DNA of 64,000 bases from Macrostomum hystrix (taxonomy: Eukaryota > Animalia > Platyhelminthes): the NCBI GenBank assembly GCA_950097015.1, contig CATNEN010000001.1, forward strand, positions 27,342,001 to 27,406,000. Reading direction: 5' to 3'. Shown here in pieces: positions 1 through 11,310 of this stretch. The position numbers and the translations under genes were made by a program. The notes under the pieces are model-generated. The model was given only the letters and a program-made list of their open reading frames with translations. It searched no databases and was not told where the DNA came from. Position 1 is the first letter of the stretch. The number at the start of each line of letters is the position of its first letter.

Positions 1-486
1 TTTGCAGTCCAGTCTGGCGTGCAGTGCTTCTGTGGCTCCTCTTACGGTTCCTTTGGTGCGGCCAGTGCAAACAGCTGCAGCCAAGCCTGCGCTGGAAATA
101 CGACACAGAAGTGCGGAGGCTTCTGGCTGAACTCCGTGTTTGCGCAGTCATACCCGAGTGAGTAAAGGCTAAGATATAAAATGATAAACTCAGATTTAAA
201 ATCTTTACTAAATGCAACGAGTTTAATTGCATAATTCGGTCGATTTTTAGACAAGAACTTCTTCGCACGAATGCAGCGGCCCTCCTCGACTGTGACGAGC
301 AGCCTGAAAACTTTCTGGAGCAGCGCGGCTCGCAGCGACATTGAGTGCGTGGTGTTGTGCATCGCCAGCCCCGACTGCCAGGCCACAATCTACTCACCAT
401 CGGACCTGCTCTGCCACCAGCTCAGATTCGCCTATCCACCTGCCAGCATGAATAGCATCGCTGGAAACTACTACCTGCGTGGCTGA
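1..486 (+). CDS. 3' end of a spliced gene: WSC-domain exon (1-157) + PAN/Apple-like exon (251-486)
   Basis: Frame 1 reads FAVQSGVQCFCGSSYGSFGAASANSCSQACAGNTTQKCGGFWLNSVF (WSC Cys pattern). Donor A|GTGAGT at 158 and acceptor TTTTTAG at 250 give a phase-1 join in frame with ORF 271-486 (ECVVLC..SPDCQATIY...LLCHQL, PAN-like). Stop TGA at 484-486. Confidence 0.75.
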
Positions 487-760
487 GACTACTACCTGCG
501 TGGCTGAGACTACTACCTGCGTGGCTGAGACTACTACCTGCGTGGCTGAGACTACTACCTGCGTGGCTGAGACTACTACCTGTGTGGCTGAGACTACTAC
601 CTGTGTGGCTGAGACTACTAGCTGTGTGGCTGAGACTACTAGCTGTGTGGCTGAGACTACTACCTGCGTGACTGAGACTACTACCTGCGAGGCTGAGACT
701 ACTACCTGTTATAACTACCTGCCTGAGGCTATAACTACCTGGCAGAGTGATACTACTTAC
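468..760 (+). repeat. 21-bp tandem repeat (actactacctgcgtggctgag), ~13 copies
   Basis: Directly visible; produces the spurious AETTTCV ORF. Confidence 0.95.
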
Positions 761-1679
761 TAACTATCATCCTGCTTAGTTACAACGCATATACGCGAAG
801 GCAATACTAGCTATGCAGCAAAACCTAACGATTTCCCATTTAATATTTAATTAGCTTTAAAATGCAATTATTTTGCATTTGTTCGCACGTTTTTAAAGTC
901 TGTTAGTAACAGGCAAAAGCAAGGCTATGAGAATTCAGTCCTAGTGAAGCCTAGTGAAGTGTGGCAGAGCAACCAGAATAATTTGTTGAGTTGGTCCTGA
1001 GAAAGTTGAGGGGGGAATTTACTGCACATGAAACAATAGCCTTTAAGCAGACGCAGCCTTCGTTGAACGGATGGCTGGCTCACGACCTTGTCAATCCTTT
1101 CATTAAAAAAACAAAGAAAACTTTTTTCAAATATTCTCAACGGACTCTTATAAATGCATGTGATGTGTGTTCGTCAAGACACGTTTATTGTGCGTATTTA
1201 GTGCATTGGCAAGTTCAAAGGTTCTTAATGAATCTGAAAGTATTCTCGAGGTCTTCAAAGGAAAGGGAAGATAGATCAACGCCATAGACATAACTGTAAC
1301 AGCTTGAGCTTGTGAGAGAATGTTGACATTTGAAAAGTCTGTGGTTGAAACCACAGCAAACGAACTTGTGGGGAAAAGTACAACAGAGAGGGATTGATCG
1401 ATACCTATAACGCCAAACAAGACCAACGCTAAAAGTGGGCTTCAATGCACAACAGCATGCTCCTATTTGACTACTGACAGTACAATTAGCAGGGTAGCTT
1501 GCGTACGAGTAGATAGATAGAAAGTATTTAGTAACTGTAGTTAGTTCAGTACCCGCCCACAGCTCAACGCTGTGGAGGGGAGGGTGAAAATCACCAGCCA
1601 ATCCGCTCGTCGGACGGGGTAGGGCGGATCGGCTGCACACAAGGCTAGGTAATACCGAGGAGGGGGAGGGCGAGACTCA

Positions 1680-1820
1680 CCAGCCAATCAACACGCGGGA
1701 CGCAGACACATCTGAGTGAGTGTGCCTGCTTACAGTATATGTGTGCGTTTGTGTTCAGGAGTCAGCACAATAGGCAGAATCGCCTGCTCTTTTGTCACCA
1801 AATGATGTGCCCACAACCCT
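1680..1820 (+). mobile_element. 3' fragment of the local tRNA-derived SINE family
   Basis: Contains gtgttcaggagtcagc...ggcagaatcgcct...tgtcaccaaatgatgtgcc, shared with many copies at 42.8-62.5 kb. Confidence 0.65.
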
Positions 1821-2626
1821 CCTGCAATTACAAAAAATAATATTGTCAATAATAGAAGGCTGGTGGGGCACCCCACTACACTGTTAAGGAAGACTAATGT
1901 AACTGAGTGTCTCGCACATCAGACTGAATTATTTACAAAAAGCTGCGTAAGTTTTGTGCATTCAAACTCATGTTTTCTATCCTGCACTTTGTTATCTAAT
2001 CAGAAATGGCTATATATCTCACTTTGAGAGTGACGTAGCCCGGTTGCAAAGTTTCATAGCTTTCAGTCAGTTTAACGAATAAGTTAGCTTTTGGATGTTT
2101 TACGAACCAAAGTTCAATCTTAAGTTCAAACTTAGGATTGAGTTTAGGATTGACGTGTTCTATGAAGATAAAAGTCGATCTTAGCTGGGATCCAACTTAG
2201 GTCTGACCTAAGGGAAGATAAGATCGAACTTACGACAGGTGCGTTTTATCAAGAGAGACTGTCTATGACCAAAACTGTCCTGGTCGATCCTACCTTTAGG
2301 ACACATCTAGAGTTGTCCTAAGTTTCAAGTCGCTATCTGAACAGCAAGAGCCGATCTTTTGGAATAAAATGTTTGTCATTTGCCATTGTAACACGCAATG
2401 CGGTGCATTAAACGTTAGACAGCGTGCGTGTAACGCAAGTAGTCTATGGTAGAAACTCAACCGCGCTAAGCGTTTTCATCATGCGTTTAACGCATTTAGC
2501 GTGTGTCTAACGCTACAAGCACAAAAACAGTTTATTTCAAAAGTGGAACAGATGAAGCATACAACTTTAGCAAGTTTACTAACGTTAAAGTGTCTATGGC
2601 CCAGCTTGCATATTACAATGCAACTA

Positions 2627-2717
2627 ATATATCGCCGCTTTGAACTTTAACGGTCTCAGCACTCGTGCGCTTCGCGCACTCGTGCTAAGACTGTTAAAGC
2701 ACTCAGCGGCGATATAT
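2627..2717. repeat. ~90-bp imperfect hairpin upstream of Crypton copy 1
   Basis: atatatcgccgct (2627-2639) pairs with agcggcgatatat (2705-2717); tttaacggtctcagcac pairs with gtgctaagactgttaaa; core gtgcgc-ttc-gcgcac. Confidence 0.9.
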
Positions 2718-3177
2718 ACCTTTTGTCAGTTGATTTCGCAAAAAAGCCAATTGATTTCCCCATTAGCTGAAGTCGAAAGCGAGGGCCCAACCAGCCTTCT
2801 CGACCATAGATAAGTCCAAATGAATTCCCTTAAGTCCAATTGATTTCCCTCAATTCAATGTGTCTTAAGCATACTCTCTGGGGAAATCGATTGGAGTTGT
2901 TTCATTCTGTTGTCTGTGGTCGAAATCGAGGGTTCATAGTTAGTCTTTGCCTACAGCGCAAATCTGGCATGTACGAATTCCAATTCTTTGCCTACAGCGC
3001 AAATCTGGCATGTTCGAATTCCAATCGCCCGTGACAGTACGAAGCTTTTTTAACGTAATTAGCTGCTTGTCCAGTGCACGACTGATAGTCTTCAGGCCAA
3101 TGGTCTCCAATACAGGCCACCGCACTGAAAGACCACCGCGCATCATTTGCAGAGTGCAGGTGGGATTTTTTAGATGT

Positions 3178-4662
3178 ATGCATCTAATACATTGGAAAAA
3201 CTTGCCGACCGACTCTTTTAACGGAGTATCTGCTAGCGAAATGGATTTTCTTTCAATGCTGAGTGCAACGGACCACTCGGAGGACGCTGATCTACTGGAA
3301 TTTGTCAACTTCTTAGAAGATCCCGCCCGTGAAGATCAGTCGGTGCTGGACATATCATTACCGGATCTACCTGGTGACGCACCACTGTCGGTTGACGATC
3401 TCGATCGCATTGAAATCGATTCGCTACCCAAGACTACGCGAGAACAGATGTTCCAATATGGAAAAGCATTTGTGGAGTTTCTCCGAAAACAAACTGAAGT
3501 GTCCCCTGAGACGATTTCGCAGACCATGCTGAATGAGTTTCTACGTTTCTACTACTTTTCGTTAAAGAAAGCTGACGGAGGAAGGTACGCACCTTCGTCC
3601 TTGGTTTGCATCCGCGCCGGCATTCAGCGCTACTTTTGCATCGTTCTTAAGCGTTCTGTGGATATCATTTCTGGAGGAGAGTTTGCTGCCGCTAATAGAA
3701 TGCTACGCGTCAAAGTACGCGAATACAATGGATCTGGTGCTGTCAGAAGACAATATCCGCCAATTGAGGAAGGAGACCTAGAGCGATTGCGGAAATACTT
3801 TGATAGAAGCACAGCAGAACGTGTTCAGGATGAAGTGCTCTTCACATTACTCTACACATTAGGTGAGCGCGGCCAAGAACATCTTAAATATCTCAAGAAG
3901 AAGGGCACCTTGGTAGAAGGAATAGATGCTGATAGCCAACCATATCTGAGCCTGCCAGATCTGCCAACGAAGAATCAATCGACTGATCCAACGCGTGCTA
4001 AGAACAACTCAGCAAAGCAAGCTCGCCTCTATGGACAGCAGCGAGATCTTGTCGTCGACTACTTAAAGCTGCTACCGGAGAACACAAAAGATTCATCCTT
4101 CTTTCCACGCCCACTGGCAAACGATGGAAGCGGTAACCTTCGTTTTTCAAGTAATCAGGTTAGAGGCATTAATTAGCTAGCTAACTTCATGCGTCACCTG
4201 AGCGAGATCTGCCAGTTGTCAAAAATGTACACTAATCATTGCATCCGGGTCACGCGTATTTCGGATTTGCATGAATGTGGACACAAGCTGGACGAAATCA
4301 TGACTATTACTGGGCAGAGGGCCAAGTCGACTGTCCGGCGTTACTTGTCGAGAAGACGCGATCGGTCCATTAAACAAGTTTCGATTGCTGTAAGTAAAGC
4401 GCTGGAGCGACCACTAGCAACTACAAGTAACTTGAATACCGATGTCAAGCCGTTATGCGACGGAGCTGCCGAAGGTGCTGACGATGTTGTAGCGCCAATG
4501 ATGGTAATCGAGTCTAGCGTCGGAGCCTCTGCCACTAGTGCTGAGGCGGCGGAGCCGGGGATTGTGCATATGACAGCCAACGGCAGCGAGAAAAAAACAA
4601 CAGTCGTCCTAAATTTCAACGGAAAATTCGAAAACTGCAGCTTCCAAATCAAAGGGACGTAA
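3178..4662 (+). pseudogene. Crypton-type (DUF3504-like) tyrosine recombinase, copy 1, with one nonsense codon
   Basis: YAPSSLVCIRAGIQRY, ERGQEH (catalytic R), TKNQ (K), YTNHCIR (HxxR), VRRYL (Y). TAG at 4174-4176 stands where copy 3 has TGG (GIN*LANFM vs GINWLGSLM); ORFs 2947-4176 and 4189-4662 share one frame. Confidence 0.88.
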
Positions 4663-4841
4663 GTCGCCAAGTTTCGTCATTTCAATATAGGGAATAAACT
4701 ATATCGAGGTCCCATAACAATGTGAACGGAATAGTAATATTTATTGCTTGTATTGTAAAACACGTTATTAGTTTTGTTAATGCGAAATGTTGTTTTGATT
4801 TGTTTTAATTCCAAAATATAACTCATTATAGCTAACCAATA

Positions 4842-5639
4842 GTCTATGGTTAAATCTGCGAAACATCGTTAAGCAATCAACTTCTCTGTGAAACGTTGTT
4901 AGTATGCTAAACCATAGCAACAATGAACAGTTTACAGTTTTTAGTTGTTTATAGTTGCAATTCTCAATGACGCTTGGCCCGAATGCAGACCAAGCTAGAT
5001 GGCGAGTACGACTCTCCATTCGGTTTAGAAAGCCGAAAGTAGTAGAACCGCAGGTGCTCGTTGAGGCTACTGGGCTCCATTGTTTTGAGACTTTCAACAG
5101 GATGACCCAAGTCACTCATGTAGCTGGCAAACGCTTTGCCATAAAGGAACATTTGCTCCTTGGTCGATCTTGGTAGAGAATCCACCTCGGCCTTGTCCAT
5201 GACATCAGTAGCAACAGAAGCTCCATCCTCTTCACATTCCGGCAGATCGACACCAAGCAGTTCATCGTCAGATCGTGAATGATCGGTAATGAAGTTAATA
5301 AAGTCCTCCAGCTGATTGTCATCTCGGTGATTGTCACTGCTCAGCTCCGCAATGAATGAGTATTCGCTGGATGAAACGCCATCGAGACTATCAACCAGCA
5401 GATGAGACCAATTGATAAGATGCGTAGCGGTCATGTTTAAGGCAGGCAAGCGAAGACGGCTTAAAATGAAAAACTGAGAAGTCTTCGCTGTAACTTCGAA
5501 CATTTAAGACCAAAGTTTCTGACGAATTACCATAGACGGTATCTAAATTTAGTCATGCATTATCAACCGCTTGATAATGAAAGATTATTAAACGCCTATT
5601 TTGTGTAGAAATCATGAGACAATAATATTGTGTCTATGG
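4842..5639 (-). mobile_element. Internally deleted Crypton element, copy 2 (N-terminal YR fragment 5434-4964)
   Basis: MTATHLINW...SLPRSTKEQM...FYYFRL.KPNGESYSPSSLVCIRA aligns with copies 1 and 3, then jumps to a VIENCNY motif resembling their C-terminal FENCSF/FTNCTF tail. Bracketed by CCATAGAC on the minus strand at 5639-5632 and 4849-4842. Confidence 0.75.
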
Positions 5640-5749
5640 TTTTAGGCTTAAGCTTCGCTGCGTGTCGCAAGTTGCGTCACTCACAATAAGTGAGAAAAAT
5701 TCCATCTCGCTTGGAGGGTGGAACTTTTCACTGTTGCTGAGTATATTAT

Positions 5750-6260
5750 TCGCCCTCGAAAATTCATGCTGCCCCCTTGATTAGTCATGCTTCCCCTTGA
5801 GAATTCATGCTTCCCTCTCAATAAGTCATGCTCTCCCCTCCATAATTTATGATACACCCAAAATTTGGACTATACCTTGAAAAATCATTTTATCTTAACG
5901 ATAATTTAGCTACTTCTTGATGAACCATGCTACCCCTCAATAATTCATGCTCTTTAGTCGGTATTTCATGCTTCCCCCTCGAAAAGTCATGCTAATTCCC
6001 TTCGATAATTCACTTTTCCCTCGCCATTTCATGCTTCCCCTTGACAATTGATGCTTCCACCTCAATAATTTATGCTACCCACTCGACCATTCATGCTCCC
6101 CTTCGATCGGTCATGTTTTTCTATCTATTATTCATTCTTCCCCTCGATATTTCATGCTTCCCCTTAACAGTTCGTGCTTCCCTCTCGACAATTCATGCTC
6201 CCCCCTATAAAATCATGCTACCCCTTCGATAAATCATGCTACCCTCTTTAATAGATCATT
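5750..6260 (+). repeat. Degenerate ~21-bp minisatellite (catgcttcccctcgataatt-like)
   Basis: Recurring tcatgct(a/t)cccc units; mirror copy at ~24400-24910. Confidence 0.8.
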
Positions 6261-7134
6261 CTATCGTCTTCAAAAATTTACCCTAGCTGAAAGTATTATG
6301 CCATGACCTGGAAATCTCATACAATCTCTTCGAGAAATCAAGGCATTACCTAGATATCTACGGCTCGTAATGCCTTTGCCCGCAAATTGTATGCAATTTA
6401 CATGATAAATATGAAAAAATGCGAAATTCTGAAAGTAAAATAACGTGAAATTTATTATATTTCTGAATCTATAAACGCTGGCAGATATGCTCGAAAATTC
6501 TTTCCTCAGTTTTGTATCGAATACAACTTGCTGCTGCTTTCTTTCTCAGAGCGAAAAGAGTGATTAAGCAAAAACTTTTTCGCCTTGACAGTAGCTAATC
6601 AATATCTTTTACTATTAACTGTTAGTTGTACCTAAAAAAACTAAAAAGAATTACAAAAAACTTTTGCTTACGTTTTTAGCTGTTGCTGATAGACTATTAC
6701 TCAATATATCATGCTACCCCACAATAAACCATGCGACCCCTTCGATAAATAGTGCTACCCCTCGATGATTTTTGCAAGCCACTTGATAAATCATGCTTTA
6801 CTCACGAAAAATTGCCTTTCTTTCGATAATATTTGCTTTCCTCTCGACAATTTATGCTTGCCATTTGCGGGGTTTTATCGTCGCGAGTTCGCGAGTAATT
6901 AAGAGCTAGGCGGTGGTTTTCTGTGTTGTTTGTTGAGTCTCGTATGAGATCAGAAAGGGTTGATTATTGCTGGATCTGGTGCAGTATATTTATAGTGTAT
7001 TTTAGTGTTTCCGTAAGTTTCTAGAAATATACTGTACGGTAAAACAAATTTAATTAAGCTTTTTATTATTAGATGCAAGCGCATGAGGAGTATGAGGAGT
7101 TTCAAACGTACAGAAGTTTCGCGAATTAAGGTCA

Positions 7135-8400
7135 CTACATCAGTCCCCCCGCGGAAGATGGCTGTCGGGAGGCTTCCTCCCAAGTTGTTGAGGCGTCAAC
7201 AGTGTCGTCCGTCCTGGTGCTCGGTGGTGACTCGTGTCGCGCCGTGGATGGCTGCTGATCCTGCGTCGCTTCTGTCGGTCGAACCCTCTGGTTGCCAGCT
7301 GCAGGCGTCGGCGCGGTTCGCCAAGGTTTGAGGCGGTCGATGGAGACGGATTCCTGGCGTCCTGCGGCTGTCGCGATGATGAAGAACTTCGGTAGGCGTT
7401 TCACAACCGGGTAGGGGCCTTGATACGGTGCTTCCAATGGCTTCCGGGTGCGGTCGACTCGGACCCATACCTTCTCGGCTGTCTTGAGGTCGCTCAGGAT
7501 GTACGTTGGCCGATTAAGTGGAGGTCTCGCGTCGTCCATCAGGTCGTCCAGGCGAAGTCGAATGGTCTCCGGCGTGAGGTCCTCTGTCGTCAAGATGCGG
7601 GGCATCATCGGATGTTCTCCAATTAGGCGAGTGAAGGCGCTGATGCCGTTTTCGTTCGGAGAGATGCGCATCGCGAGGAGTGCTAGCGGTAGGCTCTCCA
7701 ACCAGGAATCCCCACGAGCCTTCAGGATGGCTTTCAGCGTTCGATGTGCTCGTTCAATTTTGCCGTTTGTCTGAGGGTGGTAGGCTGTCGTTCGCAGTCG
7801 ATGGAATCCGACGACTTTGGCGACTCGGCTGAAGAACTCGGCTTCGAATTGTGGTCCTCGGTCGGTGACGATCTACAGCGGCACTCCGAAGCGCGAGACC
7901 CAGGTGGAGATGAATGCGGATGCTACGCTCTCGGCGGTGACGGACTCAAGCGGCGTCGCCTCGATCCATCTGGTGCTGCGGTCGATCATGGTGAGCATGT
8001 ATCGAGGGGTCAGCCCGCAGGAGACGTCGTACTTCCTGTCTGGTACTGGGAGCGGACCGACAATGTCGATGTGAACGACTTCGAGTCTGTTAGACGGTAG
8101 GTCAAACGCGGAACTGCCGGCCGTCGTGTGGCGTCCGATTTTGCTTCGTTGGCAGGTTTCGCACGCTCGGCAATACCTCTTGATGGCGTCCCGCATGTTG
8201 GGCCAGAAATATCGGGTTGTCAACAGGCTGGCGGTCTTGCGGACCCCGTAGTGGCCGAGTTGATGGAAGTGTCGGATGAGCGGTTGCTGGAGCAAATCTG
8301 GGTCGACTGGTCAATGATAGTGGCTGGAAGTGTCGCACAGCAGCGAATGCTGACCATCAAACTGGAAGAAGCGGCTGTTGGAGTTCTGTTGCATCCGGGT
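7135..8400 (-). mobile_element. Gypsy/Ty3 LTR retrotransposon 3' pol fragment (integrase), with internal deletion
   Basis: H2C2 (HQLGHYG...CETC), [25 protein letters not shown] motif (APYQGPYPV), polypurine tract gcggggggac; in-frame stop. Confidence 0.92.
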
Positions 8401-9048
8401 CCTTTGAGAATTATAGAGAATTTTTTCGGAGGATAAGCACCCTAGCTTTGGGATCATGAGTTTTGGAATTGGAAATTTGGCGCTAATTTAATTGTCTTCA
8501 AACACTTTTTGCAGGGCTGGGAGACTGGAGTATAGAGACAGATTTTTTGTGATGGAATAGGCTGCGGAAATTTTTATTGGAACAAAGGAGACAGATTTTG
8601 TGAGAGGCCGGTAACCTTTTTCCTGATCTTTTCGGGAATAAGAAAGCAAATATATTGTGGATTATGGAGGCTGCGAAAGCGTTTGTCCCAGAAAGCCCCT
8701 CTTGCATACTACTCGAGGATGAGGAGAAGGCCGCTCACCTGTTAATGAACTACCCGGCCCTGTCTCTTCACCACTGCTGCTTCCAGGCACTCCCAGGGAC
8801 CTCGCATGGAGCCCGCGGCTGTGTTTTCCGAGCATTTTGCTGTGCTGAGTTTCCTCAAAGAAGTGGGCGTCCTCTAACGTGACAGCCTCAGCAGATCTCG
8901 GATATCTCCTGCTTTTTTCCTGTGGCAAACAGAGCGGTTGGGCGCTGGCCAGACATCCGTACTGAGCAGAGAAAGCTTGGGCGAAGCGCTCGCAGGCAGC
9001 TCGCTCAGCTGCGCAGCGGGCTGTCTCCCCTCCTAGCCGGCTACATGG

Positions 9049-9049
<1 letters not shown>

Positions 9050-9081
<32 letters not shown>
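9050..9081. repeat. (CA)n microsatellite upstream of the EGFR-like gene; counterparts at ~21308-21341 and ~40594-40633
   Basis: Directly visible. Confidence 0.95.
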
Positions 9082-9086
<5 letters not shown>

Positions 9087-9561
9087 AACATTGTCAAACT
9101 CCTTCAGGAAGACCACAATGTCTTTAAATGCTTCTAATGCTATAAATAGAACCGTAGGCTTGCATTTTCTTATTTTTTAAAACAAAAATGCTTCACTTTA
9201 ACTTAGTCTTTCGTCGCTTCTTTCACTGAGAATTGCCCGAGTTGGAGCACAATTAACTTCTGGAATTTAAGAGCCAAAATAGCAAGCTAAAGTCATTTGA
9301 CTCGTGATTATTGATTGATTTTATATATCTTTTTTTAAAAAAAAACCAGCGACAGAAAAATGTTTTGTGCAAGTATTTCTGTAGAGTCAGAGAAACGGGC
9401 AAAATGTGGAAAGTGGTGTTATTTTTTGTTGAAAAATTTGCCTGTGAAAGAATTTTCTTTTCGACGAGTCGCATTTAATTCAATTGGTATTTAAAGAAGT
9501 GAAAAACTTCAGAGCTGGGAATCAAAATAGAAAGAAAGCACTGCAGAGGTGATTTAAGAAA

Positions 9562-11310
9562 ATGAATTTCCTGCAGCTTGTTTTTCGGTTGCTTCTTTTG
9601 CTTCCGTTGTTGCACGACGATGTTGCTTCTGGCATCCGGATCTGCAAATCCTTACGTTTATCCAGCAAAGGCTATGAGACCCACAGAAATGTTAGTCGCT
9701 TGCAGGCGGACTTGACGGCTTTTGTAGCTGGCTGCCAGTATGTTTTCGGCGACGTTATACTGAGCAATATAGGTATTAACCAATCAACGTACGAACCGCT
9801 GGACGATGAAATTCGAGGCATGCAAACAGACTTTCTTGACTCCATTGTGGAGATCACAGGAAAAATACGGATCCTGCACGTCAGCCTTGAGCGCGTCACC
9901 TTCCGCAACTTGCGCACCATCCGAATGCACCATTTCGCTTTTGAAAAATTTAATTGGTTCCCATTTTTAATATTTAAGTCGCCGAACATGAGCAAGCTGG
10001 AATTGCCCAAGTTGACTGCTATCACAGGAAGAAATGTTAGTCTATTTGGTGAGCAAATGCAGTCTAGCTTGTACTGCTACCTGTTCTACAGCATCAACTG
10101 GACAAGCCTGCTTCAAGAACCAGGCCAGCGCTTTTTGGATGAAGTGATTTCTGTTATTACTGAACAAGGCCAAGTTCTTCAGAGAAGCTCGAACTCGCGT
10201 GTGATTGATAGGCGTACCTGCAGTCGTCAGATTTCCTGTCACGCTAATTGTACTCAAACTCCAATTTATGGCCAAAAATGCTGGTCCGACGGTGTTGATG
10301 GCTGCCAAAGTAATCATCTGTGTCGTAAGCGCAAGTGTAAAACTACGAACCTATGCTTCCATAACCCGAACACTGGCCAAGAAGACTGCTGCGACGACGA
10401 CTGTCTTGGCGGTTGCTCAAACCGGCCCAACGAGTGCTTCGCCTGTCGGAGAGGAGTATTGTTCAATGGTGTCTGTAGAGAATCCTGTCCGTCGAATACT
10501 AGTACCGCTAGTGGTAATGGCACTGGCGTGACTGTTTGGCGACAGATCGGCAACATCTGCGTAGAGAAGTGCTCACTGCCCTTTGTTGTTAGCTCTGACG
10601 GCAGGCGCTGTTTAATCGAGTGTCCGTCAGCAGAAGTCCTTATCAAAGGAGTTTGCACAAAGTGTATTGACAAAATTAGCTCTAAGCCCTGCAAATCGTG
10701 CAATGTGCCTGATTTAATGACAGACAATTTAGCGTACTTATTGAGGACTGAGCAGTGTTCGATTTGGAGGGCTGATTCTAATCTATACGTGTCCGCTAAG
10801 AATTTAAGTAGCTTAGATATCAGCAGAGCATTTGAGAATTTAGAGTACTTTTACGGAAATTTAATAGTTTTGGGATCTCAAAACTTAACAGTAAATCTCA
10901 GATCCTTACGTAATATCAAACGCGCCACTAATTCCTTAATTATTATGCGGCTCAATACGAGATACCTCGGACTAGCTAGCTTGGAATATACTCCTGACCT
11001 TATGCTTATGCATATTAGTGATCTTTGCAGAGCCTGGTATCCAAGCAATCGAATCCGAGAAATCAAAAACGTCACTAAAGAATTTCAAATTACAATACGA
11101 AACCTGAGCTTTGAAGACAGCAGCGAGATTTGCCGGAACGCTACCTGCGATGCTCAGTGCCAGGACGAATGCTGGGGACCCGGCCCAGACATGTGCGTGG
11201 CGTGTCGGAACTTCAAAGTGAACGGCCGCTGCTATGCCACCTGTGCGGAGTCGGGCAGGATTGAAGTAAATGGGAATTGTGAACTGCCTGTGCCACAGCT
11301 AATCGGCTAA
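9562..11310 (+). CDS. Secreted EGFR/insulin-receptor-like ectodomain protein, copy 1 (582 aa, intronless)
   Basis: Signal peptide MNFLQLVFRLLLLLPLL; L domain (GCQYVFGDV, FRNLRTIR, LPKLTAI, INW); furin-like Cys-rich region (CCDDDCLGGC, CFACR); second L domain (FENLEYFYGNL, LGLASL); domain IV (CDAQCQDECWGPGPDMCVACRNF). No TM or kinase; AATAAA at 11414. Confidence 0.9.
   Translation: MNFLQLVFRLLLLLPLLHDDVASGIRICKSLRLSSKGYETHRNVSRLQADLTAFVAGCQYVFGDVILSNIGINQSTYEPLDDEIRGMQTDFLDSIVEITGKIRILHVSLERVTFRNLRTIRMHHFAFEKFNWFPFLIFKSPNMSKLELPKLTAITGRNVSLFGEQMQSSLYCYLFYSINWTSLLQEPGQRFLDEVISVITEQGQVLQRSSNSRVIDRRTCSRQISCHANCTQTPIYGQKCWSDGVDGCQSNHLCRKRKCKTTNLCFHNPNTGQEDCCDDDCLGGCSNRPNECFACRRGVLFNGVCRESCPSNTSTASGNGTGVTVWRQIGNICVEKCSLPFVVSSDGRRCLIECPSAEVLIKGVCTKCIDKISSKPCKSCNVPDLMTDNLAYLLRTEQCSIWRADSNLYVSAKNLSSLDISRAFENLEYFYGNLIVLGSQNLTVNLRSLRNIKRATNSLIIMRLNTRYLGLASLEYTPDLMLMHISDLCRAWYPSNRIREIKNVTKEFQITIRNLSFEDSSEICRNATCDAQCQDECWGPGPDMCVACRNFKVNGRCYATCAESGRIEVNGNCELPVPQLIG

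Noticed and set aside
479-763. 94-aa (AETTTCV)n ORF as an antifreeze or mucin protein
   Set aside because: GTG start, overlaps the stop of the upstream gene, entirely tandem repeat.
2947-3177. N-terminal 77 aa of the 409-aa YR ORF; similar upstream extensions of ORFs 47116, 51091 and 61206
   Set aside because: Paralog homology and signal peptides begin at downstream ATGs (3178, 47272, 51328, 61533).
8655-9137. ORFs around the (CA)n tract, repeated in all three duplication units
   Set aside because: Conservation is explained by the duplication; frames differ between copies and no domain is recognisable.
9672-11075. Antisense and alternate-frame ORFs overlapping the EGFR-like, YR and CTLD genes
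   Set aside because: Shadow ORFs of genuine coding sequence.
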